In this document: piece by piece, positions 1-8,288 of the stretch
How the letters are laid out: the number at the start of each line of letters is the position of its first letter
How positions within the stretch are numbered: the stretch's first letter is position 1
NCBI GenBank assembly: GCA_012520175.1
Contig: JAAYOU010000039.1
Span: 9,013 to 73,012 of the forward strand
Reading direction: 5' to 3'
From: Bacteroidales bacterium
GTDB lineage: Bacteria > Bacteroidota > Bacteroidia > Bacteroidales > DTU049
DNA length: 64,000 nucleotides
Translations under genes and position numbers: made by a program
The notes under the pieces: generated by a model
The model's input: only the letters and a program-made list of their open reading frames with translations
The model's database searches: none
What the model was told of the DNA's origin: nothing

Positions 1-1362
1 CAACGTTATTGGTTTACAGTTGAAGAAGCAAAAATAAAATTTGACACCCTTAAGACTCGAAAGAAATGGAGTGCGGACGGAATTAACTTTTCACAATTTC
101 CACAACTTAAATACCTACCTAAACAATATGTTCCTCCTGTTGAAGGAAATCGTATAAACCATATCCTTAAAAATAATTTTCACAATGGTTCTTATATAAT
201 AGAATTCTTTGATGAAATTAAATTAAATCATAGCTTTATTTTAAAAATAGATTCATTATCAAAGTATAACAAACTATGCGAAAAAATAAAGGAACATGTC
301 CCAATAGACCTATCTGTTGTTCGTGACAGAATAGGAAATTTTATTTTTCAATTTCCTGTAACCATAATTGAAGCACATTCAAAAGCACTTTCTACTTGGG
401 ATGGTGTTGATATGAGTTTTTCATGGCATAATTCTTTTTCTCATACAAGTATTCCAGACTGCTTAATACAAGTAGGATCTACACTTGACAAGAATTATAT
501 GGGTTCTACAATTACAGAATACAATAAAACTAACAAGCAAAAAATAATTATAGGAAATCTTGACCAAATAAATCACATAAAAATTTGGAGAAAAGAGCCA
601 AGTTTAATTTTATCTACTTTTAGTGGAACATACTTTCGAGATTTTCATTTGGATAAGAGAATAGTAAATCCAGAACCAAGAATATTTGAAATAGACGGGA
701 ACAAGGTTAATGTTCAAATTTCCTCTAGGGAGAATCACGGTAATAAAAAGAAAACACCAGCATACACAGACTATATATCAAACAATCTTTACGATGTCGA
801 GAAACAACAATTAGCAAAGAGATTAACCTTCAAACAATACAACAATTCTCTTTCAGAGGTTGCGTTAAACGACATAAGAAAATTGATTAGAGAAAAAGAT
901 AAAAATGGTGTGTGTTTGTGGGATCCATTTTTGACTTCAATAGATATTTTAAAAACGCTTTATCATTCACCAACGGCAAATGTAGAAATAAGAGCGATTG
1001 GCTCTATCAATAAAACTACAAAAAGGGTTTATGAACAAAAAAAACAATTGGAGACAGATATTATTGCAACATATAAATCTGTTTTAGATAACCCCAATCA
1101 TAACAATTACGGCTTAAATCTTGAATTCCGCATTCAACATTCAAATTATGGCTGGGCATTTCACGATAGGTTCCTTATTTTCCCAGGTAGCGAATTGAAA
1201 AGACCGCAAGTTTATTCTCTTGGCACTTCAATAAATTCATACGGAAATACTCATCACATTTTACAAGAGGTTTCACACCCACAACCTGTTGTTGATGCAT
1301 TTAATGAATTGTGGGATAAATTAAATCACCCTGATTGCTTGGTATGGAAGTTCCCGAAATGA
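1..1362 (+). CDS. Hypothetical protein, 5' end outside the window; C-terminal region has a degenerate PLD/HKD-like nuclease signature
   Basis: Frame 1 is open from nt 1, with no in-frame stop before the track ATG at 412. The 316-aa track ORF is therefore only the tail of a protein of at least 453 aa. The C-terminal ~150 aa read VCLWDPFL...VEIRAIGS...WAFHDRFLIFPG...YSLGTSINSYG (His codon 1162-1164). This resembles single-copy HKD/PLD-fold nucleases, but Arg sits at the Lys position and the spacing is atypical. No other motif recognised. Confidence 0.6.
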   Translation, partial: QRYWFTVEEAKIKFDTLKTRKKWSADGINFSQFPQLKYLPKQYVPPVEGNRINHILKNNFHNGSYIIEFFDEIKLNHSFILKIDSLSKYNKLCEKIKEHVPIDLSVVRDRIGNFIFQFPVTIIEAHSKALSTWDGVDMSFSWHNSFSHTSIPDCLIQVGSTLDKNYMGSTITEYNKTNKQKIIIGNLDQINHIKIWRKEPSLILSTFSGTYFRDFHLDKRIVNPEPRIFEIDGNKVNVQISSRENHGNKKKTPAYTDYISNNLYDVEKQQLAKRLTFKQYNNSLSEVALNDIRKLIREKDKNGVCLWDPFLTSIDILKTLYHSPTANVEIRAIGSINKTTKRVYEQKKQLETDIIATYKSVLDNPNHNNYGLNLEFRIQHSNYGWAFHDRFLIFPGSELKRPQVYSLGTSINSYGNTHHILQEVSHPQPVVDAFNELWDKLNHPDCLVWKFPK

Positions 1363-2834
1363 TATTAACACAAGCGTTGTCTAAAAGCAATTCCTATTCT
1401 TTTAATGTAGAATTGAATAATCTTTTAAAGAAACTTGAGAGCAAAACACTTGAAAAAATTCTTAGTGCCGAAGAAGATGAAGAAATATGCTCAATAGATA
1501 ATAAGATTCGAGATATTGTAACTCAAACAATACATTTTAGTCAGAATTCAGAAGACAACAAGATTGAAAATATCGCACAAATTATTTTTTCCACAAAAGA
1601 ATATCTTCGCAAAGGCATTTCAAATGGAGACGTAAAAGCTATACTAATCTTTCTTAGCGTAAATTGTTACTTGCACGTAGAACTTGAAAAGTTACTTTCT
1701 CTAAGCGAGTTGGAAAACAGTCACACAAAAATTATTTCCGAAAAAATTATAGAGGTTTTAAAAAGTATTAAATTATCAGCCCAAGCACTACCAAATGCGC
1801 CATACTGGGAAAAAGAAATCATGAGTGAATCTCAAAATGGATTTTCAGAAAATGACATTTCTAAAACATATGGATTTATTGAATCTTTCGAATGCGATGG
1901 CAGAGGATTTCATTTCAATTTTCTATTAGAAAGTTTAATCTCATTTCTATTTCATTTAAATTATACTTATTTCCTCAACGCTCTATCGCATTTACAAAGT
2001 CCGTTTGAATTTGTCTTTTATTTTCAGAGTCTCAAAAAAGAAAACCTTTTGAAAGTAGCGAACGAATCTTCACTTTCAAATAAATGGCTAAATTTTGAGC
2101 TTATTCGTCAAATTATTGAAAAGGAAAGTAAAGAAACTATTGATAAATCAGAGATAGAATGTATAAAAAATGTTCTTGATAGAATTAAACTTAGCGATTT
2201 TAATTTTTTAAAACAGACAGTAACTTATTTTCATAGAAGTAGATTATTTAATGCTTCATTGGGAGTATTTTTGGTATCAGTCAATAATGTGGAAATGGAA
2301 GAAATAATATTAGATTTTTCCATTGATAAATACGCTTTTCATATTGAAGCAAGAGATGTTTTATTAGATTATTATAAAAAACACGCTTCAGATGAGCAAC
2401 TTGACTTATTTCTTGAAGTAATTTTCAATAAATGGAAACATTACTTTTACAACATTCTCACAACGGAAGATTTTTATCACAACGGTATTTTGTTGACAGA
2501 TTTTGCAAACTACGTAGTTCACTACCATATACGCAAAACGGCTGATAATGATTTAATTTCTTCAATGGAAAACTTGATACAAAAAATTAAGTTCATTGAC
2601 TCTGAATGGTCAACTTCCAGTTCTCAACAGCTAACAAAATTTCACTTGTATCATTCAGAACTGTATTTACTAACGTACGCTTACAAATACAAAAAGCTAA
2701 ACACCCCTCAAATGTTAACGAATTACGAAAGCATTATAAATGATCAAGTTCAACGTTCACGTTATTTATCAAATGAAACGCAACAACTTTTGGAGATAGG
2801 AAAAAATAATATTGACTGGACAAAAGACGAATAA
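1359..2834 (+). CDS. Hypothetical protein, predicted all-alpha, no recognisable catalytic motif
   Basis: Long ORF (track 1335..2834). The ATG at 1359 overlaps the upstream stop as ATGA (atg 1359-1361, tga 1360-1362), which suggests translational coupling. An alternative ATG lies at 1344. The sequence is rich in Leu/Glu/Lys/Phe helical segments with no signal peptide or TM. Confidence 0.6.
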   Translation: MILTQALSKSNSYSFNVELNNLLKKLESKTLEKILSAEEDEEICSIDNKIRDIVTQTIHFSQNSEDNKIENIAQIIFSTKEYLRKGISNGDVKAILIFLSVNCYLHVELEKLLSLSELENSHTKIISEKIIEVLKSIKLSAQALPNAPYWEKEIMSESQNGFSENDISKTYGFIESFECDGRGFHFNFLLESLISFLFHLNYTYFLNALSHLQSPFEFVFYFQSLKKENLLKVANESSLSNKWLNFELIRQIIEKESKETIDKSEIECIKNVLDRIKLSDFNFLKQTVTYFHRSRLFNASLGVFLVSVNNVEMEEIILDFSIDKYAFHIEARDVLLDYYKKHASDEQLDLFLEVIFNKWKHYFYNILTTEDFYHNGILLTDFANYVVHYHIRKTADNDLISSMENLIQKIKFIDSEWSTSSSQQLTKFHLYHSELYLLTYAYKYKKLNTPQMLTNYESIINDQVQRSRYLSNETQQLLEIGKNNIDWTKDE

Positions 2835-2944
2835 AATAACGACAAATGAAATACGAAAGACAGAAAAGCCACAAACCACTAACATAGGCTAAAATCAAGC
2901 GAGAGAAAGTGCTAATTTGAAAGGCAGTGCTACTAAAAAACTTC

Positions 2945-3273
2945 ATCGCAGTTTGAAAGCGACTGTCGCCACGTAACTATCTATGTATCAACAACTTAGG
3001 AGGAACCGCCACACAAAACTATTGCCGCTGTAAACACCTGAGTATCAAGGACTTAGGCGGGCGGACACAAAAAGCTACTTCTGCCACGTAACTACCTGAT
3101 TATCAATGAGTTACGCCACCATTTCGACGCGACTCAATGAGCGGCAACCATGCAACCACCTGATTATCAGCAACTTACACAAACAAAGCGAGCGAACAGC
3201 GAGCCACAACTAAAAACTCAACACTAAGCACTAAAAACCACCTCGCAACTCCCTGACTATCAATAGCTTATAT
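2945..3273 (+). repeat. Modular extragenic repeat array, locus A (5 units of the 29-nt TGATTATCA palindromic element plus a terminal module)
   Basis: Units at 2972-3000, 3029-3057, 3087-3115, 3151-3179 and 3244-3272, all in the same orientation. Consensus is YRYAACYN-NN-TGATTATCA-R-NNNN-TTASR. The best copy is 3087-3115, CGTAACTACCTGATTATCAATGAGTTACG, with 7-bp outer arms CGTAACT/AGTTACG. Spacers are GC-rich (GCCGCC, GGCGG). The module CCACAACT...CACTAAAAACCA at 3204-3240 is shared with loci C and D. The last unit ends 2 nt before the stop codon of minus-strand gene 3274-6084. Related sequence (CAAGCGAG, ACTAAAAAAC, TTTGAAAG) may extend the element left to about 2850. Confidence 0.85.
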
Positions 3274-6084
3274 CTAATCCTCTACCTCACCATCATTACT
3301 AAAACAAATTACGCCATTATATGGGCAATAAAGGCAATTTTGTTTGTTTGTAGTTGCTTTAAATTGCTGCTCTTTGGAAAAAATTTCTTCTAAAATGCTA
3401 ATGCAATAGTTTGAAAATTCTGCTATTTCTTCTTTTGAAAAAACTTTAACATCATTTTCATTATCATAGATTACATCAGGCTTATAGCCATTTTTATTCA
3501 GCACAGAATAAATTCCGCCAGAAATTTTGTTCACATTATTAGAAGCCGAATACAGCCAGATATAAAATAAAACTTGAATTAAATATTGATTGTTTTTATT
3601 GAATAAATCAGCTATTTCAGAAGATTTCTTTTCTAAATTAAGGTCAAAGCGTTTATAAGTCGTTTTGAAATCCATTATATAATGAATGCCGTTCCTCACC
3701 TCAATTCTGTCTGCAATACCTTTTACTTTTACGATAGTTCCATCTTTCAAAGCAACATCAATGTCCAAACCATATTCCAAAGCCTCTAAATAAAAGTCAT
3801 TTGGAATATTTTCCGCCGATTTCTTCAAAAAAACATTCAGCGCGTCAAAAAGCAAATCCTTTACTAAAAAATTATATCCACTCTCAAAATGCGCCACTTC
3901 ATGTGTTATAAAAGCATCATTTAAGTTTTTTTCAACCGATGAAATCATTGAGTCAAAATCTTGTTTCAGCAAAACTCGCTTCAAATAAGGTTTTGAAATA
4001 TTTTCAATCGCTTCATGAAAAATATCGCCCATCGTATTGAACTGAATATCAGCATTTTTGTTTTCCCATTCCTTTATTTTATACACATTTTCCAAAAGGA
4101 ATTTATACGGGCATAAAACAAAATTAAAGAAAGCAGAAAAAGAAATCCCTTTTTGAGCCAATTCCTTCAATTTATTCTCTTTATCTTTTAAGGTAGAAAT
4201 ATTTTCAAGAGAATTTTCGCCATTGTATCCAATATCCAAGCTAATGCGATTGAAAGCGATATTTGAACTAGCCGGCAACAATTCATGCTCGATTTGAGCT
4301 ATATATCTCGAAGGTTCTTTCCCGAAAAGTGCGTCTGGCTCTGTATTGTAGATTATAACAATGTTTTCCGCACGTTGAATTAATCGCCAAAAATGATAAG
4401 CGTAAACCGAATCTCTGTCGCTTTGCAATGGCAGCTTCAATGCTCTGCGCAAATCTACAGGCAAAAACGAATCTTTATTCGCCGCAGCGGGCAAATTACC
4501 TTCATTAGCTCCGACTATAATTACATTTTTAAAATCTAAAGAACGAGTTTCGAGCATTCCTAAAATCTGAAGCCCTTTTATAGGCTCACCTTTCAAAGGA
4601 ATTTTCAACGATTGAATTTGGCGTTTTACGAAATACGAAAAAGCTAAAATATTTATATCCTTGTCTATATCATGCTTTTGAAATGTATTTATTAAAACAT
4701 TTAGCATTGTACGCATTTGCCAAGCAGCTTCATGCTCAATTTCTATTTCCACAGACCTTTCAAAAATCATGTCCATTTTAGAAATCAGCATCTCTGCAAT
4801 TGATTCCCAAGAATTATATGGAGAAAACAATCCGTTTGTAAGCTCATTAACTCGCTGTAACAAAGCGGAATCTTCTCTATTTTCGGCATTCCAATAAAAA
4901 AATCTAAATTTTCCCGAAGATATTACTTCGACACACTCTCTAAACTCGTGTATTTTGTCATCCTGAACAAGTAAATTCACTAATGGATTGGCTAACAGAG
5001 CTGAAAACGCATCGAAATGAAACACTATATCGCCTTTGCTGTGGCTTATAGCGTTAATCATTGCAAAATAATTTTTTATAAACTGCCCTGCAAAAGTATT
5101 CACCAAAGGAAAACCGCCTGAAATATTAACCTTATTGCTCCATTCGTTAGGCAAACTACTCAGCAATGGCATTAACAAAGACTCATCAGCAAGGACTAAA
5201 ACTGTATCGCTGAATTTATCAGAATAATCAGATTCTAATTTATTTAAAGCAACTTGTATCTGAGAGTAGCCCAAAGGAGCGCCAATAACCTCAATGTTTT
5301 TTTCATTATTTTTTATATGCTCCGCTGGTTCTTTAAACGTATCGGACCAAGAATAGCGATTTTGCCTCAAAAAATGTCCCGCTTCATGACTGAGATTATT
5401 CAAATACCACTTATCTGCATCCCAGACCATATCAGCTTTTCCATTTTCCAACAACAAGTCTATATGTTTTTTAAGCGAAGGAGTAATGGCGTTCAGTCCC
5501 GCAAAAATAACTTTAGAATATTCGTCAAAAGATTCTTTTTGAGACAACAACCTAGATGCAAGTCCTTGATAACCTATTTTATTTTCAATACAATTAGACG
5601 TAAACACCTCGTAAATAGGATGCAATAATTTATAAAAGCTCAAATATTTTTTCTGCAAATCAGTATTAGCCTCGCCGGGATACCAATTTTCTATTTCTCT
5701 AATTTTAAATAAATGCGTAAAAACCTCATCGGGATTGAGCAAATAATCGTCAACATCGTTAAAATCAGCTAAAATAGTCCTTCCCGTTGGTATGAACTCA
5801 TCGATTGGGAAGGCGTTGTCTTTGGAATAATTTTTATAGACATTGTAAAGCAAGGCTAGCAAAGCTGTTTCATCAATTTTGCGAATTCCGCTTTGCGAAA
5901 AAATATATTCTTCAATCGTAATAATATTTGGCAGCAAAACGGTTTTCTTAAAATAAGCAGGAAGAGTTTTTTTTAAATACAAACCGCTTCTTCTGCCCGG
6001 CAGCACGATTGCAGTGTTTTTTAAATCGTCGCCAGATGTTTCATAAATTATTTTTGCAAGTTCATCAATAAAACTCATAAGCAA
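3274..6084 (-). CDS. PD-(D/E)XK nuclease family protein, AddB/RexB-like
   Basis: 936 aa. The C-terminal nuclease block has LCPYKFLLENV, GIADRIE, YIMDFKTTY (D-x-K) and QNCLYCPYNGVIC (C-x2-C-x6-C). This is the AddB/Cas4-type arrangement of one upstream Cys plus a C-terminal Cys triad. Confidence 0.75.
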   Translation of the reverse strand: MLMSFIDELAKIIYETSGDDLKNTAIVLPGRRSGLYLKKTLPAYFKKTVLLPNIITIEEYIFSQSGIRKIDETALLALLYNVYKNYSKDNAFPIDEFIPTGRTILADFNDVDDYLLNPDEVFTHLFKIREIENWYPGEANTDLQKKYLSFYKLLHPIYEVFTSNCIENKIGYQGLASRLLSQKESFDEYSKVIFAGLNAITPSLKKHIDLLLENGKADMVWDADKWYLNNLSHEAGHFLRQNRYSWSDTFKEPAEHIKNNEKNIEVIGAPLGYSQIQVALNKLESDYSDKFSDTVLVLADESLLMPLLSSLPNEWSNKVNISGGFPLVNTFAGQFIKNYFAMINAISHSKGDIVFHFDAFSALLANPLVNLLVQDDKIHEFRECVEVISSGKFRFFYWNAENREDSALLQRVNELTNGLFSPYNSWESIAEMLISKMDMIFERSVEIEIEHEAAWQMRTMLNVLINTFQKHDIDKDINILAFSYFVKRQIQSLKIPLKGEPIKGLQILGMLETRSLDFKNVIIVGANEGNLPAAANKDSFLPVDLRRALKLPLQSDRDSVYAYHFWRLIQRAENIVIIYNTEPDALFGKEPSRYIAQIEHELLPASSNIAFNRISLDIGYNGENSLENISTLKDKENKLKELAQKGISFSAFFNFVLCPYKFLLENVYKIKEWENKNADIQFNTMGDIFHEAIENISKPYLKRVLLKQDFDSMISSVEKNLNDAFITHEVAHFESGYNFLVKDLLFDALNVFLKKSAENIPNDFYLEALEYGLDIDVALKDGTIVKVKGIADRIEVRNGIHYIMDFKTTYKRFDLNLEKKSSEIADLFNKNNQYLIQVLFYIWLYSASNNVNKISGGIYSVLNKNGYKPDVIYDNENDVKVFSKEEIAEFSNYCISILEEIFSKEQQFKATTNKQNCLYCPYNGVICFSNDGEVED

Positions 6085-6815
6085 AATTCCTTATAATATT
6101 TATTTACAAAATCATCTGCTAATTTCAATGTTTCTGGCTTCCCAACATCAATGTAGTTACAAAAAACCTTATATGATTTTATTGTTTTTTTTGCAGCTAA
6201 GTCAAGAAATGCAGGAATTAAGCCAAACGCGCCATTTCTATCTATATCGCATGGCAATTTGGGGTTTACTACACAAATGCCGCAATATCCTAATTTTTCT
6301 TTGTAATCAGATTTACCTTCCACAGAAATAAATTCGCCAGAAGTCTCATTAATCCAGCCCGACAATAAGCCTGAATTGTCAAAAAACAATTTCCGAGATG
6401 ATTTGCGGTCTTTTACAACTAATAATGCATCGGGATTTGTTCGCAAAAACTCAGATTTCAAGTCAAAGAAGTCCAAATTGCTCAATATATCTACATTATG
6501 CACTAAAATAGGTTCATTTCCATCTAGCAATTTTGCAGCTTTTTTCAATCCCCCGCCGGTATCGAGCAAAAAATCCGTTTCATCTGAAATTTTAATATTT
6601 AAGCCTTCTATTTTTAAATTATTGATAAAATCTACGATTTGCTCAGCATGATGATGCACATTTATAACTATATCGCAAATAGAATAATATTTTAATTTAA
6701 TTAAAAGCCATCCCAATAAAGGTTTTCCTGCAACTGAAACCAATGCTTTTGGCTTATTGTGAGTAAGATGACCCAACCTTGTTCCTAAACCAGCAGCAAA
6801 AACAATAGCTTTCAT
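6075..6815 (-). CDS. Nucleotidyltransferase family protein (sugar-1-phosphate nucleotidylyltransferase, MurU-like)
   Basis: N-terminus MKAIVFAAGLGTRLGHLTHNKPKALV carries the GxGTRL...K nucleotide-binding signature. It overlaps the downstream AddB-like gene by 10 nt. Confidence 0.8.
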   Translation of the reverse strand: MKAIVFAAGLGTRLGHLTHNKPKALVSVAGKPLLGWLLIKLKYYSICDIVINVHHHAEQIVDFINNLKIEGLNIKISDETDFLLDTGGGLKKAAKLLDGNEPILVHNVDILSNLDFFDLKSEFLRTNPDALLVVKDRKSSRKLFFDNSGLLSGWINETSGEFISVEGKSDYKEKLGYCGICVVNPKLPCDIDRNGAFGLIPAFLDLAAKKTIKSYKVFCNYIDVGKPETLKLADDFVNKYYKEFCL

Positions 6816-6931
6816 GAGTTTTTTGTATGTTTTTTTATAAAAAAATCTAATCTATACAAATTAAAATAAAAAATACGTTTTAAAAAAATTATCTTTGCTA
6901 AAAATAAATTTTTGTTTTTCGATAATTATGG

Positions 6932-6961
6932 TTTGTAATTCAAAAAATATTTATATCTTTG
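6932..6961 (+). promoter_or_regulatory. Bacteroidota-type sigma-A promoter for rplU-rpmA (-33 TTTG, -7 TATCTTTG)
   Basis: TTTG at 6932-6935 and TATCTTTG (TAnnTTTG) at 6954-6961, 18 nt apart and about 44 nt upstream of the rplU ATG. A second TATCTTTG lies at 6890-6897. Confidence 0.5.
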
Positions 6962-7004
6962 CACTCCGTTTTAAAAAAGAATTTAGAATTAACACATAGA
7001 AACA

Positions 7005-7682
7005 ATGTACGCAATTGTAGATATAGCTGGACAACAATTTAAAGTTAACAAAGCTGGAAAAGTTTATGTTCATCGTTTGCAAGCCGAAGAAGGCAGCCAA
7101 ATAGAACTAAAAAACGTTTTATTAATAGATAATGACAAAAATGTTGAAGTTGGGAAACCAACAATAGCTGGTGCACATGTATTGGCTGAAGTTGTAGAAC
7201 ATTTAAAAGGCGACAAAGTATTAGTTTTCCACAAAAAACGTCGTAAAGGTTATCAAAAGATGAACGGACATCGTCAATATCTTACACGATTGAATATTTT
7301 ATCAATTGTTAAAGACGGTGTAAGCCTTACTGGAGACAATGCTCCTTCTGTAAAAAAACAAGTAAAAGAAGCAGCTCTAGCAAAAACAAAGAAAGAAAAA
7401 ATTGTTGCTAATAAAGAAGTTGAAAAAGAAGTTACTGCTGAAAAGAAAGCTGCTCCTAAAAAAACTACTACAACAAAAACAGCAGAAAAAAAAGCTGATA
7501 CCACTACAAAAAAAGCAACTACTACTACAGCTAAAAAAACAACCTCTACAACTAAAAAAGCAACCACTACAACTAAAAAAGCAACTACTACTACAAAGAA
7601 AGATGCTACTACAACAACTAAGAAAACAACAGCTACAGCAAAAAAAGAAGATGGAGATAAAAAATCAACATCAAAGGAATAA
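7005..7682 (+). CDS. rplU: 50S ribosomal protein L21 with a long Lys/Thr/Ala-rich C-terminal extension
   Basis: MYAIVDIAGQQFKV...HRQYLTRLNI is a canonical L21 domain (~103 aa). It is followed by ~120 aa of low-complexity KKATTTT-type repeats. Confidence 0.95.
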   Translation: MYAIVDIAGQQFKVNKAGKVYVHRLQAEEGSQIELKNVLLIDNDKNVEVGKPTIAGAHVLAEVVEHLKGDKVLVFHKKRRKGYQKMNGHRQYLTRLNILSIVKDGVSLTGDNAPSVKKQVKEAALAKTKKEKIVANKEVEKEVTAEKKAAPKKTTTTKTAEKKADTTTKKATTTTAKKTTSTTKKATTTTKKATTTTKKDATTTTKKTTATAKKEDGDKKSTSKE

Positions 7683-7715
7683 TAAATTAAGTAAAACAAC
7701 TAAAAAAAATAAGAT

Positions 7716-7970
7716 ATGGCTCATAAAAAAGGTGTCGGAAGTTCAGATAACGGTCGTGAATCCCAAAGTAAACGCCTTGGCGTAAAAATTTATGGTGGTC
7801 AAGTTGCAAAAGCAGGCAACATAATCGTAAGGCAACGAGGAACCAAACATCATCCAGGTGAAAATATAGGAATGGGCAAAGACCATACTTTATTTGCACT
7901 CGTTGATGGAATTGTTGAATTTAATAAAACAAGAAACAATAAATCAGTAGTAAATATTAAGCAAATTTAA
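7716..7970 (+). CDS. rpmA: 50S ribosomal protein L27
   Basis: [24 protein letters not shown]...[26 protein letters not shown] is a textbook L27 sequence. Confidence 0.97.
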   Translation: MAHKKGVGSSDNGRESQSKRLGVKIYGGQVAKAGNIIVRQRGTKHHPGENIGMGKDHTLFALVDGIVEFNKTRNNKSVVNIKQI

Positions 7971-8001
7971 TTTTTACCTGCTTAAAAAAAAGGTTACTGT
8001 A

Positions 8002-8035
8002 AAAACACTTTTCTAATTGAAAAGTGTTTTTTTTG
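8002..8035 (+). terminator. Rho-independent terminator after rpmA
   Basis: 12-bp stem AAAACACTTTTC (8002-8013) / GAAAAGTGTTTT (8019-8030), loop TAATT, followed by a T-run to 8034. Confidence 0.8.
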
Positions 8036-8071
8036 TTGATGTTTTTTTAGATGTTTAATGCTCTGTCGCTG

Positions 8072-8268
8072 CATAACTATTTGATTATCAATATTTTAGA
8101 CAGACGCACCCATACAAAACAGCCCGCCACCACGTAATTACTTGAGTATCAGTGGTTTAGACATGACGGGTGCCGCCTCGTAACTATCTGATTATCAACA
8201 ACTTACGCGGAGCCGTCGCCAACACGAAGCCCGCCACCACGTAACTAATTGATTATCAGTATATTACT
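8072..8268 (+). repeat. Modular extragenic repeat array, locus B (4 units)
   Basis: Units at 8072-8100, 8133-8161, 8179-8207 and 8240-8268 in the same orientation, with GC-rich spacers. B2-B4 with their spacers (8133-8268) align by eye with C2-C4 (10296-10430). The array ends 21 nt beyond the stop of minus-strand gene 8289-9005. Confidence 0.85.
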
Positions 8269-8288
8269 ATTAAAAAACATACGTAAAG

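Noticed and set aside
2945-3273. Arrays A-D as CRISPR arrays (~29-nt repeats with ~15-45-nt intervening sequences)
   Set aside because: The repeats are degenerate rather than near-identical, and spacing is irregular (44-150 nt start to start). The 'spacers' are homologous between loci rather than unique. No cas genes or leader-like region are present.
5254-5628. 124-aa plus-strand ORF inside the AddB-like gene (also 6128..6331 and 6376..6651 inside the nucleotidyltransferase gene)
   Set aside because: These are antisense shadow ORFs in AT-rich coding sequence, with no start context or motifs.
7274-7785. ORFs 7274..7699 (-) and 7402..7785 (+), 141 and 127 aa
   Set aside because: These are frame and strand shadows of the low-complexity Lys/Thr repeat tail of rplU. 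Their translations are homopolymer-like (VVVV, LLKK/QQK), and the + ORF runs across the rpmA start.
8072-8268. Units as integron attC sites (left arm YAAC and right arm CTTAGGC/GTTACR resemble RYYYAAC / GTTRRRY)
   Set aside because: Units are only 29 nt, whereas attC sites are at least ~55 nt with paired R/L boxes. There are no ORF cassettes between units, no intI gene or attI is visible, and the matches to the core sites are only partial.
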